NCBI GenBank assembly: GCA_965233865.1
Contig: OZ247587.1
Span: forward strand, 960,001-1,024,000
DNA length: 64,000 nucleotides
Direction of reading: 5' to 3'
Source of the DNA: Candidatus Neptunichlamydia sp.
GTDB taxonomy: Bacteria; Chlamydiota; Chlamydiia; Chlamydiales; Simkaniaceae
Shown: positions 40,570 through 53,085 of the stretch, in pieces
Layout: every line of letters begins with the position of its first letter
How positions within the stretch are numbered: position 1 is the first letter of the stretch
Notes under the pieces: generated by a model
The model's database searches: none
Told to the model about the DNA's origin: nothing
Seen by the model: the letters and a program-made list of their open reading frames with translations, nothing else
Position numbers and translations under genes: made by a program

Positions 40570-40990
40570 TAAGACTAATCAAATGCTCAAAGCAAACTAA
40601 TTTTAAACAACGCTTGAGATGTATTCAATTTCCTCAAAGAGGAAAAAAAAAGATCAAGCCGATGGATGTATTAGTACTGGTTAGCTCAACGTATTACTAC
40701 GCTTACACACCCAGCCTATCAACCCTGTCGTCTTCAGGTCATCTCATAGGGATACTTTATCTTGAAGGAGGCTTGGCGTTTAGATGCTTTCAACGCTTAT
40801 CCTTTCCGAACTTAGCTACCCGGCGATGCCCTTGGCAGGACAACCGGAACACCATTGGTTCGTCCACTTCGGTCCTCTCGTACTAGAAGCAGCTCTTCTC
40901 AAGTATCCTACGCCCACAGCAGATAGGGACCAAACTGTCTCACGACGTTTTGAACCCAGCTCGCGTACCGCTTTAATTGGCGAACAGCCA

Positions 40991-41049
<59 letters not shown>

Positions 41050-41076
41050 GCCACGTCGATATGAACTCTTGGTGGC

Positions 41077-41113
<37 letters not shown>

Positions 41114-41560
41114 AAGCGACGGCGATTCCACTTTCCACCGCCGGATCACTAAACCCTACTTTCGTACCTGCTCGACTCGTCGGTCTCGCAGTCAACTTGT
41201 CTTATACTTTTGCGCTCTACTCGTGATTGCCAACCACGATGAGACAAGCTTTGGACTCCTCCGTTACTTTTTGGGAGGAAACCGCCCCAGTCAAACTGCC
41301 CGTCTGACAATGTTCGTTCCCCAGATTCATGGGGCAACGTTAGATTTTCGACATGTCAAGGCCGGTATTTCAAGGATGACTCCAGAAGCCCTAACGAGCC
41401 TCTTTCACCGTCTCCCGGCTATCCTACACATGACAAGTCAAAAGCCAATATCAGAGTACAGTAAAGGTTCACGGGGTCTTTCCGTCTAGCTGCGGGTAAA
41501 CGGCATCTTCACCGCTACTACAATTTCACCGAGTCTCTCGTTGAGACAGTGCCCAGATCG

Positions 41561-41607
<47 letters not shown>

Positions 41608-42304
41608 CGATTGGTCCCTTGCTATTTCTAACAGGGTCGGACTCTATCTTAGTTTGAAACCAACTCACGTTGGCAATGGAGACGATTCATTTGATTCTTA
41701 AGGTCTTGAATTTCTTCAATTCTTTCAGGGGTCAAATGGACTCCATTTTTCATCTTAAGCAGAATTTTTCTGAATTTTTGAAATTCCACACCTTTCTTTG
41801 TTTTAAGCTTGTGCTTTTCAAAGAATGGTATGATCCTTTCCGTTAAGTGTTCAAGGCCTTTCACTCTATAGGCCATTTGGTCGCCATGATTCTTGCGAAC
41901 CACTCCACAACCAAAATAAGCTTTTAAAGCGTAGAGAACTTGAACATCTCGCTTATGTTGAATAATGGCAAATTCAGGAAGTACTTGGTACTCTTGAGTC
42001 ATTTCCTTATGCCTATTTACAGACACATGAAAACAACCTTCACCGTCAACAAATCCAACAATCCATTGTGCTTCTAGGTCCATGTCAAACTCCAAACGTT
42101 TGGTCTCTGAGGATTTTAATCTCACAAAATAAGCCTGCTTGGTTATGTTTCCAAGTGCACTCACTTTGTTTCAACAATTAATCTTTCCTGCGGATTGCCT
42201 CCATGTCTCTAGGATTTTTACTGCTACACATAAGTGCAACGAGTACCTAAGAGTTTTAGAAGGTTTTCCCGCATATAGTTCGGTTTTACTAAGGCTAGCC
42301 ATTA
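41608..42304 (-). mobile_element. group I intron in 23S rRNA at E. coli position 1931 (697 nt)
   Basis: Splits CCTAAGGT|AGCGAAATTCC; ends in G; P (TGCGGGAAA), Q (AATCCGCAG), R (TCAGAGACCAAA) and S (AAGATAGAGTCC) elements. Confidence 0.95.
41649..42083 (-). CDS. single-motif LAGLIDADG homing endonuclease (intron-encoded, 144 aa)
   Basis: WIVGFVDGEGCF; GGAG RBS before ATG 42083; lies between R and S; stop overlaps S. Confidence 0.93.
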   Translation of the reverse strand: MDLEAQWIVGFVDGEGCFHVSVNRHKEMTQEYQVLPEFAIIQHKRDVQVLYALKAYFGCGVVRKNHGDQMAYRVKGLEHLTERIIPFFEKHKLKTKKGVEFQKFRKILLKMKNGVHLTPERIEEIQDLKNQMNRLHCQRELVSN

Positions 42305-44657
42305 ACCTTAGGACCGTTATAGTTACGGCCGCCATTCACCAGGGCTTAAATTCAATGCTTCGTCCCGAAGGACTGACATCTCCTATTGACCTTTTGGCAT
42401 TGGGCAGGCATCACACCATATACTTCCTCTTAGACGAGTTTGCATAGTGCTGTGTTTTTGTTAAACAGTCGCCTGGGCCGATTCTCTGCGGCCCCTAGAT
42501 GCTTAACCGCGAAGGTATCACATCCAAGGGCTCCTCTTCTCCCGAAGTTACGAGGACAATTTGCCGAGTTCCTTAACGAGAGTTCTCTCGCGCGCCTGAG
42601 AATATTCATCCCACCTACCTGTGTCGGTTTTGGTACGGTCACCATCAACAACTAGAGGTTATTTCTTGGAAGCATTGCGCTACACCATCGGTTCCTCCGA
42701 AGATTCCCCTTGTCTCACACCTAGCTTTCCGTCAGCGGATTTACCTACTGACCAGCCTCATGTGAAAACGGACATCCAATAGCCCGCGTGCTTAACTTAC
42801 TCCGTCACCCCATTGTTATAGTTTTAGGTGGCGCAGGAATATTTAACCTGCTTTCCATCGCTTACGCTTTTCAGCCTCAGCTTAGGGACCGGCTAACCCA
42901 GGGAAGACGAGCTTTACCCTGGAAACCTTAGGTTTTCGGCGAGGGAGATTCTCACTCCCTTTATCGTGTACTTATGCCATGCATCCTCACTAGTATGCGC
43001 TCCAACACTCCTTACGGTATATCTTCATTGCACATACTACGCTCTCCTACCGCGTACCACAAAGTGGCACACCCGCGATTTCGGCTCTATGCTTTAGTCC
43101 CGATCATTATCGGCGCAAAGTCTCTCGATTGGTGAGCTGTTACGCACTCTTTAAATGATGGCTGCCTCTAAGCCAACATTCCAACTGTCTATGAAACTTC
43201 ACATCCTTACTCACTTAGCATAGAATTAGGGGCCTTAATCGGCGATCTGGGCTGTTCCCCTTTCGACAATGAAGCTTATCCCCCACTGTCTATCTCCCGA
43301 CTTAACTCATAGTATTCGGAGTTTGGTTTCCGTTGGTAGGCCGGTAGGCCCCCGTGGGAATCCAGTGCTCTACCCCCATGAGTCTCAAAGTCGAGGCTAA
43401 CCCTAAAGTTATTTCGAAGAGAACAAGATATCTCCAAGTTTGATTGGCCTTTCACCCCTATCCACAGTTCATCCAAATCTTTTTCAACAGATACTGGTTC
43501 GGACCTTCACAAGGTTTTACCCCTGCTTCATCCTGACCATGGATAGATCACTTGGTTTCGTGTCTACATCATACGACTTAATGCGCTATTAACGCTCGCT
43601 TTCACTTCGGCTCCGGAACGGATGTCCCTTAACCTAGCCGTATAACATAACTCGCTGGCTCATCATGCAAAAGGCACGCCATCAGCCGTGCTTCCTAAAA
43701 GGAAACATAGGCCTCTGACCGCTTGTAGGCTGCTGGTTTCAGATTCTATTTCACTCCCCTAACAGGGGTTCTTTTCACCTTTCCATCACTGTACTTGTGC
43801 ACTATCGGTCATCGAGTAGTATTTAGCCTTGGAGAGTGGTCTCCCCAGATTCAGACCGGGTTTCACGTGTCCGGCCCTACTCAGGTGCTAATCTCACTTA
43901 AACTTACTTTTTACACACGGGGCTTTCACCCTGTATCGCCCAACTTCCCAGATGGTTATGTTAAATTCGTTTAAGCTTTATGACTAGTCCTACAACCCCG
44001 AAAATAAATTTTCGGTTTGGGCTATTCCCACTTCGCTCGCCGCTACTATGGGAATCTCTTTTGATTTATTTTCCTCTGCCTACTTAGATGTCTCAATTCA
44101 GCAGGTTTACCTCACTAACCTATGTATTCAGTTAATGATAATGGAGGATTAGCTCCACTGGGTTTCCCCATTCGGAAATCTCCGGCTCAATGCTTCTTTC
44201 CAGCTCGCCGGAGCTTATCGCAGGTATGCGCGTCCTTCATCGCCTCTCGATGCCAAGGCATCCACCAACAGCCCTTATTAGCTTGATCTAATAAGTGTAC
44301 ATTAAACTGTCTCTAAGGACAGTTTGCCTAAAATTGGTCTTGTATACTGAGATACTCAACCGACTGTCAGCTCGTGAAATTCACGAATTGACTGCGGTTG
44401 AATATCCCCTTCTCAAGCGCTGTTTAAAATCAGTTTTATTGTAGTACATTCGATAGGTTATCGAATGTTACTCGCTATAATATTTTTTAATCAGCTTTTC
44501 GCAATTCAAAAACACTAAAGTGTTTTTGATTTACTTGATTAGTCTATATTCTGTCAAGAAAGCAATTGTGCTTCTGACAGCGAAAGTGAAGTGACAAAAT
44601 CTTAAGGCTTGCCCAACCGTAGATTCGCAAGGTCTCTAGGACCTCACTATCTTGTCC

Positions 44658-46205
<1,548 letters not shown>

Positions 46206-46574
46206 ATTTAATCTCTATTAACCTAGCCTAAGCTAGATTGATTCTCGAATACTATTTATTATGTATTCGAGTTAAAGTTTGATAGGGGCATGTCGAAATA
46301 AATTCCGACACGCTCAAACCTTAAGCTTTGTCACTTCAATTTCGCTGTCAAAATAACACTTGAAAACCCTTAAAGCTTTCGTTTCGTTTCTTCCGCATGT
46401 TTTGCTTAAGAAAGAATACGAGACAATACATCACTTCTAATTTATTAAGCAAATGTTTTTCATCTTTTTCTGATTTTTTTTTCGAATCCTCTATGAAAAA
46501 AAACCTTCTCAGTACCTTTTAGCCGCTGAGATCTTTTAAGGTTTTTGATGAACACACATATATATAATGTACAG

Positions 46575-47817
46575 ATAAATCTTTAGGGAATGCACTTCAT
46601 ACCACGTCCTTATAAGTCTAAATCGCTTGATAAACTGAAAGAAGATCTCAAGCAAGATGCCTCTCTTTGTATGTGCGTTTATCATATTCAATATTCTGAA
46701 TCCGGTTCTTTTTCCCTGGAATAACTGGGTTTTTTCCTATTTTCTCTATATAAATTCGAATTTCATCTGAGGGAACTGTTGAGAACTGACATAATTTTCT
46801 GAAATCGTTTAAACTACTTTCTTTTTAAATATGAGGATTCCCATGCAACAAATTGAAATGATCTATCTAGAAGATTTAGTTCCAGAAAGTCATAATTACC
46901 GCAAGTTTTCCAAGATTTGATCGTTCAGTTTTGTGGAGAAAAAACTCCAAAAACTAGAGAAGAACAACCCTCATAAGGGATATGAATTGCTTCGATTATT
47001 CAAGTGTTTATTACTACAGTTCATGGAAAATTGGAACGCTTCATCCAAGAAAACACTGCAGCTCGATGGTTTTGTGGGTTTAATCTTAGAGACCCCACCC
47101 CAGATCACACGGTCTTTTGCCAGCTTAGAAAAAAGATAGGGACCAATATTTTGTCCAAGATTTTTACCGATCTAAGAGATCAACTAAAAGATCAAGGGTT
47201 TATGAGTGAAGTTTTTACCTTTGTCGACGCAACCCATTTGATTGCTAAAGCAAACTTGTGGGAGGAAGGAGATAAGGCGATTGCAGAAAAATATAAAAAA
47301 CTGAACAACGAAAATATCTCTCAATTTTCTGCAGACACTCAAGCGAAGATTGGGTGTAAAGGAAAAAACAAGTATTGGTATGGTTATAAGCAGCACGCTA
47401 GTGCAGACATGCAGACAGGGCTGATCAACAAGATTCCGATTACTCCGGCTAATATCACAGATACTTCAGGTTTCAAAAACGTGCGCCCCTCTCAGCTGAG
47501 TCATAAGTTCTATCAGCAAGCACGTTTTCATCCCTACCAAAACCATCAGTTAAAGCATGCATTTTTTTTGTAATCCTTCCTCTCGAAGTTCCTAAACATT
47601 CCTCCTCTTTTTTTTATCCGATAACCCTCTTGATGAGGCTTTGACGTTTGATCCATCAATAGAATAATTTTCTTGATCAATTTCATCTTTGAGCTCATTC
47701 CAGATCTTTTCCCAAATCCCCTTGGCATTCCATCTATTAAAACGGTTATAGCAAGAGCTCCAAGGACTATATTTTAGTGGGAGATCTCTCCATGGCGCAC
47801 CAGTCCTAAGTATCCAA
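46575..47817 (-). pseudogene. IS5-family (IS427-group-like) transposase pseudogene split by another IS
   Basis: 47496-47817 gives WILRTGAPWRDLP...CYNRFNRW...VLADRTYDS; it resumes at 46770 with SDEIR...PVIPGKKNR...YDKRTYKERH. Confidence 0.8.
46772..47495 (+). pseudogene. IS5/IS1182-type transposase pseudogene, second copy, 3' truncated
   Basis: Same left end as 10067; MQQIEMIYLEDLVPESHNYRKF..* then a frameshift into ARWFCGF...FVDATHL...YWYGYKQH. Confidence 0.85.
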
Positions 47818-48705
47818 TATAGCTAAAATATTTCGTTTTAGTTATGCTTTTTTGAATGACGTATTCATTAGATTTTAGAAAAAAGGTACTGTTGATCCGA
47901 AGCACAGAAAATTTAAGTTTTGCCAAGACAGCAAAACGTTTTGATGTAAGTGTAAATAGCATATTTCTTTGGTCTAAGAGGCTAGAGGCAAAGCGCACTA
48001 AAAATAGACCTGCAATAAAGATTGAAAGAGATCGCTTGATGGAGGATATCAAAAAATACCCTGATGCCTTCAACTATGAACGAGTATATCGTCTCAATGT
48101 AAGCCCTTCAGGTGTTCGTTGTGCCATGAAGCGGCTAAGAATTAGCTATAAAAAAAACACTTAACCATCCCAAGGCTTGCAAAAAGAAGAGATCTCTCTT
48201 CAGAGAAAAGATTGCAAGGTATGAATGCTTGGGAAAACCGATTGTATACATCGATGAAAGTGGGTTTGCCCATGATATGCCCCGAACGCATGGTTGCTCA
48301 AAAATAGGAGAGAGGTGCTTCGGCACCCATGACTGGGTAGCAAAAGTGAGGACAAATGCAATAGGGGCGTTACTTGGAACAAACCTTCTTACTCTTGCAC
48401 TGTTTGATTGTAATATTAATACAGATGCCTTTAGCAGTTGGGCAGAGCAAGACTTAATGCCGAAACTTCCTTCTGAAAGCGTTTTGGTTATGGATAATGC
48501 ATCGTTTCATAAAAGCAAATCTATGCAAGAAAAGATCGAAGCTGCAGGCCACATCTTGGAATATCTTCCCCCATATTCCCCAGATTTAAATCCTATTGAG
48601 CGTAAATGGGCACAAGAAAAATCTAAACGAAGAAAATATCAATGTGGAATAGATGAACTTTTTAAAGACTATTGCCTATAACTAAATTATATCAACTTAG
48701 CTATA
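47818..48705 (+). mobile_element. IS630-family element, apparently full length (888 bp)
   Basis: TA-ended imperfect 29-bp IRs; HTH ORF 47856-48164 and DDE ORF ending 48681 (YIDESG, VMDNASFH, YSPDLNPIE). Confidence 0.93.
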
Positions 48706-48795
48706 GTATTGCTGCGCAGCAAATCCCATTCATAGCATTTTTTTCAGTATGAAATTTCAGTTTTCAAAATCATTTAAATATAAAAAATTTAGAAC

Positions 48796-50076
48796 CTAGA
48801 ACAAGAAGACGTAGAAGAGCATTCCAAAGACGTATCCAATGAAGACTGGCAGGGACATTTTTTTTAAGTAAGAGAAGAAATCTACTTTTTCAAGCCCCAT
48901 AAGAGCCACACCTGCAGAGGAACCCATAACCAAAATGCTTCCACCAGTACCAGCGGCATAAGCAATCATAAGCCATAGCGGCGAGTCGGTTGGGGTAGTT
49001 TGGAGGTCATACATTCCCATTGTTGCAGCAACCAGAGGAACGTTATCAATGATTGCAGAAACAACACCAATAACTGAAGCAATAAGTGCTTGGCTTCGAA
49101 TATTCACGTTTAGCCACTGCGCTGCGCCCTCAAGAAGTCCCGTTGATTCAAGGGCATTGACGCTGAGCAGAATTCCTAAGAAAAAGAGAATACTGGACAC
49201 GTCGATTTTTGTCAGAATATGCGGTACTCGGAGATGGTGTCTTTGCTCGTAGCGGTGATGCATGATATCAGTTGCAAGCCACATAATTGACAGAGAAATA
49301 AGCATCCCCATAAACGGAGGTAGCCCCGTTAACGCCTTAAAAACAGGAACGCAAAGGAACAAAACAATTCCTAAATAGAAGATAAGATGAGCCCCTGGCT
49401 CTAATGGTTCATCGCGAAAATCGATTTCAGATTTTGGAAATTTCCCTTTCATAGTGCAGGTATAAAGAAGAAGTGGGAACATCATAGAAATCAAGCTAGG
49501 GAAAAAGAGTTCTGTAATCACTTTCATCGAGGTGACTTGCCCTCCAATCCAAAGCATTGTCGTTGTCACATCTCCAATTGGGGTCCAAGCCCCCCCAGCA
49601 TTTGCAGCAACAATCACCATGCATGAAAAGAGAAACCTCTCTTTTTTATGCGGGATCAATTTCCTTAAAATAGAAATCATTAGGATTGTCGTCGTTAAGT
49701 TATCAAGAACCGCCGACAAGAAGAAGGCTAAAAAACAGGTAATCCAAAGCATCTTGCGTTTGGAACGCGTATGGAGATAATGGATGAAGGTATTGAACCC
49801 TTTGTGAGAGTCAATAAGCTCGACCATCGTCATAGCTCCCAGTAAGAAGAAAAGAATCTGCGATATATCACTTAAGTGCGTGTTCAGAAAAGTTATACTT
49901 ACACCCAGCGGCTGGGGATCCCCAACAAAGTAAATCAACCAGCAGAAGACTGCCATAAACAAGGCAACTGCTGTTTTATTGACGCGAATCAAAAATTCAA
50001 GGATGATAGCAGTATAACCAATTGCAAAAACCGCAACAAGAATACCGTGCGAAAGTGTAAAAATTTCATCATTCAT
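48796..50076 (-). CDS. nhaD: NhaD-family Na+/H+ antiporter
   Basis: LSAVLDNLTTTI, AANAGGAWTPIGDVTTTMLW, SAIIDNVPLVA, AGTGGS. Confidence 0.9.
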   Translation of the reverse strand: MNDEIFTLSHGILVAVFAIGYTAIILEFLIRVNKTAVALFMAVFCWLIYFVGDPQPLGVSITFLNTHLSDISQILFFLLGAMTMVELIDSHKGFNTFIHYLHTRSKRKMLWITCFLAFFLSAVLDNLTTTILMISILRKLIPHKKERFLFSCMVIVAANAGGAWTPIGDVTTTMLWIGGQVTSMKVITELFFPSLISMMFPLLLYTCTMKGKFPKSEIDFRDEPLEPGAHLIFYLGIVLFLCVPVFKALTGLPPFMGMLISLSIMWLATDIMHHRYEQRHHLRVPHILTKIDVSSILFFLGILLSVNALESTGLLEGAAQWLNVNIRSQALIASVIGVVSAIIDNVPLVAATMGMYDLQTTPTDSPLWLMIAYAAGTGGSILVMGSSAGVALMGLEKVDFFSYLKKMSLPVFIGYVFGMLFYVFLF

Positions 50077-50156
50077 AAGAATCGCCTTGCTAACAGCCTA
50101 ACTTGGTTCCTTATAAAACTCAAGCTTTTGGATAGCGAGAAAGGTCATAATTTTCA

Positions 50157-50612
50157 ATGGATCATTTAAAACTTTTCTCAGTTGCGCAAACAAAGGTCAA
50201 AAATCGCCTCTTGTTACAAGGAATGGTGTTGGGCGGAATCGGTGTTTTTATTCTTTTTGTTTTTGGGGTGTGGTCTCCACAAGCTTTCCTAAATTCTTGG
50301 GGAATTCTCATTTTCTCTTTGGGAATATTTTTGATAGGGTGGGGATTGATCCCCTACAAAAGGTTTACTCGTTTAGAAACTCATCCTCATAAAATCCTGT
50401 TAGAAGATAAGCGATTAATTTTTGTATCAAACAAGGGAGGGAATTGCATTATTCCCTACTCAGAAATCAGAAAAATTACTTACTTTGAATCAAAAACAAA
50501 ATATGGACTGCGACTAGAAACGAAAAAATATCGGGTGGTATTCCCTTATTTTTTAGGTGATTCCCGCTTGAACGAGATCATGCATACGAATCAATCCAAC
50601 GAGTGTTCCTGA
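50157..50612 (+). CDS. hypothetical membrane protein (two TM helices)
   Basis: Two hydrophobic helices then a beta-rich tail; 3' end overlaps kdsD. Confidence 0.65.
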   Translation: MDHLKLFSVAQTKVKNRLLLQGMVLGGIGVFILFVFGVWSPQAFLNSWGILIFSLGIFLIGWGLIPYKRFTRLETHPHKILLEDKRLIFVSNKGGNCIIPYSEIRKITYFESKTKYGLRLETKKYRVVFPYFLGDSRLNEIMHTNQSNECS

Positions 50613-51512
50613 TTCTATCACTGGAAGGACATTGACCCATTTTTTCTCATCATTTTGCATGAGCTGCAGCGCATCAAGAGCTCGCTTTCCTTTTTCAGTT
50701 GCGATGCATGAGGGTGTCATGAGCTCTTCCATTGTTTTTTCTAGCATTTCAGCAGGTTTTTTTTTGAAGGCTCGACGGAGGTCTCCATCGGTGAAGATTC
50801 CACAAAATCTCCCTTTGGTATCGATAATGAGCAGACACCCACATTTCTTGTCCGTTAGGGTAACCAACGCATCCCGCAATTTTTCGTTGGGCCCGCAAAG
50901 AGGAAGTGTTTCTCCTTGAAGCATGATATCATCAACTGTTAGAGAGATTTTTTTTCCAATGGAGCCTGCAGGGTGATTAAGCGCATAATCGTCCAAGCTA
51001 AAGTTCTTAGCCTTCATAAGTGCAACGGAAAGAACATCTCCAAAAATAAGTTGGATTGAGGTCGAGGTCGTGGGGGCTAGGTCAAAGGGACAAAGTTCCT
51101 TATTTAGCGGCAGGGAAATTCCTATGTCGCAAGCGAGCCCGAGTTTTGATTGCGTGCTAGAGACCCAAGCGACGGTTTTAGCCCCCTTTTTTTGTGCAAA
51201 AGGAACAAGACTTAAGAGCTCCTCGCTTCCCCCGCTTTTGCTAATGCAAATGAGAACATCTTTGTCAGTAACAATCCCAATGTCTCCATGAAGAGCATTC
51301 ACAGGAGGAAGGTACAAGGCTTTTGTCCCAGTTGAAATCATTGTCATCGCAAGTTTTTCGGCAATAATCCCACTTTTTCCAACACCAGTGAAGATCAATA
51401 TCCCCTTGCAGTTCAAAAAAAGTTTAAATATTTCCTCTGCTTTCCCCAACCCTACATGGTTGAAAAAATAGTTCAGATTTCTCTGGTACTCATCAAATAG
51501 ATCTTTTAACAT
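50553..51512 (-). CDS. kdsD: KpsF/GutQ-family arabinose 5-phosphate isomerase
   Basis: TGVGKSG, ALHGDIG, LAPTTST, HPAGSIGK, CBS pair GIFTDGDLRR. Confidence 0.93.
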   Translation of the reverse strand: MLKDLFDEYQRNLNYFFNHVGLGKAEEIFKLFLNCKGILIFTGVGKSGIIAEKLAMTMISTGTKALYLPPVNALHGDIGIVTDKDVLICISKSGGSEELLSLVPFAQKKGAKTVAWVSSTQSKLGLACDIGISLPLNKELCPFDLAPTTSTSIQLIFGDVLSVALMKAKNFSLDDYALNHPAGSIGKKISLTVDDIMLQGETLPLCGPNEKLRDALVTLTDKKCGCLLIIDTKGRFCGIFTDGDLRRAFKKKPAEMLEKTMEELMTPSCIATEKGKRALDALQLMQNDEKKWVNVLPVIESGTLVGLIRMHDLVQAGIT

Positions 51513-51582
51513 GGTCGAACTCTTGAAAACTTATCTCAAATCATATAATTAGAGAGTTAATCAATCAAGTAAGGAGTTCCTT

Positions 51583-53022
51583 GTGAGCGAAAAAGTACCC
51601 ATAACAGTTGCTAGAGGCGATGGAATTGGCCCAGAAATCATGGATGCAACTTTAAAGATCCTTGAAGCCGCAGGAGCACAATTAGATATTCATGAAGTCG
51701 AAATTGGAAAGAAAATTTATCTTGGAGGACACCCAACAGGGATCGAGGACAAGACTTGGGACACTATTCGGCAAACAAAAGCTTTTTTAAAAGCTCCAAT
51801 CACAACGCCGCAGGGTGGAGGGTTCAAAAGCTTAAATGTAACGATCCGAACGACACTAGGGCTTTATGCTAATGTGCGTCCTTGCATGGCGTACCCACCC
51901 TTTGTTGCGACAAAACACCCTCAAATGGATGTGGTGATTGTACGAGAAAATGAAGAAGATCTCTATTCGGGTATTGAATACCGACAGTCCCCTGAGGTGT
52001 GTGAATCGATCAAGTTAATTTCACAACCGGGCTCAGAAAAAATTATCCGCTATGCGTTCGAATATGCTGTCCAAAATGGACGAAAAAAAGTCACCTGCTT
52101 TGTAAAAGATAATATCATGAAACTCTCAGATGGCCTCTTTCATCAAGTCTTTAACGAGGTGGCCAAGGAATATCCCGGTATTGAAAATGAGCATTGGATT
52201 GTCGATATTGGAGCGGCAAAGCTTGCCGACACCCCAGAAGTTTTTGATGTCGTGGTCATGCCTAATCTTTATGGGGATATCCTTTCTGATGTCGGTGCTC
52301 AAATTGCAGGTTCAATAGGTCTTGTAGGATCTGCAAATATTGGAGATCACGGAGCTATGTTCGAAGCAATCCATGGGTCGGCTCCCAGGCGAGCAGGACA
52401 AAATCTCGCGAACCCTTCGGCGTTAATTTTGGCTTCGGTCATGATGATGGTCCATATTAAACAGTATGATGTTGCAACCGCAATTCGCAACGGATGGCTG
52501 AAAACCTTAGAAGATGGTGTGCACACCTACGATATTTTTAAAGAAGGGATCAGCAAAGAAAAAATAGGGACGCAAGAGTTTGCGGAAGCTGTCATCAAGC
52601 GGCTAGGAGAAAAACCCTCAAAACTTAAAGCTGTTTCCTATGAAGGGGGGGAAAGTGTTTCTCAAACTTTTACCCGCAAGGTTATCAAAACAAAGAGAGA
52701 ACTTGTAGGGATTGATATCTACCTCTTTTCAAATGAATCCATGATAGATTTTCAAGAAAGCCTACTTGGGCATAGCTATGGCACTTTTCACATTGAAATA
52801 ATCACCAACCGAGGAGCCCGCGTTTACCCCAATGGAATGCCCGAGACCTTTTGTATCGATCAGTGGAGAGTGCGATTTCGCCCTAAACAAGGGGGGGCGT
52901 GCAAACAAAAAGATTTCCTAGAGCTTCTAGAGGTTCTAACAGCTGAAGGTTTCGATATCATCAAGACAGAGAATCTCTACGATTTTGATGGCACTCCGGG
53001 ATACTCGTCTCCCAAAGGATAG
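51583..53022 (+). CDS. icd: NADP-dependent isocitrate dehydrogenase (type with a C-terminal extension)
   Basis: GDGIGPEI, KAPITTPQGGGFKSLNV, RENEEDLY, NLYGDILSD, FEAIHGSAP. Confidence 0.93.
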   Translation: MSEKVPITVARGDGIGPEIMDATLKILEAAGAQLDIHEVEIGKKIYLGGHPTGIEDKTWDTIRQTKAFLKAPITTPQGGGFKSLNVTIRTTLGLYANVRPCMAYPPFVATKHPQMDVVIVRENEEDLYSGIEYRQSPEVCESIKLISQPGSEKIIRYAFEYAVQNGRKKVTCFVKDNIMKLSDGLFHQVFNEVAKEYPGIENEHWIVDIGAAKLADTPEVFDVVVMPNLYGDILSDVGAQIAGSIGLVGSANIGDHGAMFEAIHGSAPRRAGQNLANPSALILASVMMMVHIKQYDVATAIRNGWLKTLEDGVHTYDIFKEGISKEKIGTQEFAEAVIKRLGEKPSKLKAVSYEGGESVSQTFTRKVIKTKRELVGIDIYLFSNESMIDFQESLLGHSYGTFHIEIITNRGARVYPNGMPETFCIDQWRVRFRPKQGGACKQKDFLELLEVLTAEGFDIIKTENLYDFDGTPGYSSPKG

Positions 53023-53025
53023 TAC

Positions 53026-53062
53026 GGTAGTGTTCTCTAACTGCATGCAAGAGAACACTACC
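53026..53062. terminator. hairpin between convergent icd and E2 genes
   Basis: GGTAGTGTTCTCT...AGAGAACACTACC perfect 13-bp stem. Confidence 0.65.
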
Positions 53063-53085
53063 TTCGAAAGAAGGGTGGGAGAAAT

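Noticed and set aside
42084..42164. 27-codon N-terminal extension of the homing endonuclease
   Set aside because: Overlaps the ribozyme core (R element); the RBS-supported start is ATG 42083.
44291..44657. Hairpins in the 16S-23S spacer as tRNAs or new ncRNA
   Set aside because: No cloverleaf found. Segments pair with the 16S leader (about 46320-46350) and the 23S trailer (about 40572-40620), as expected for processing stems.
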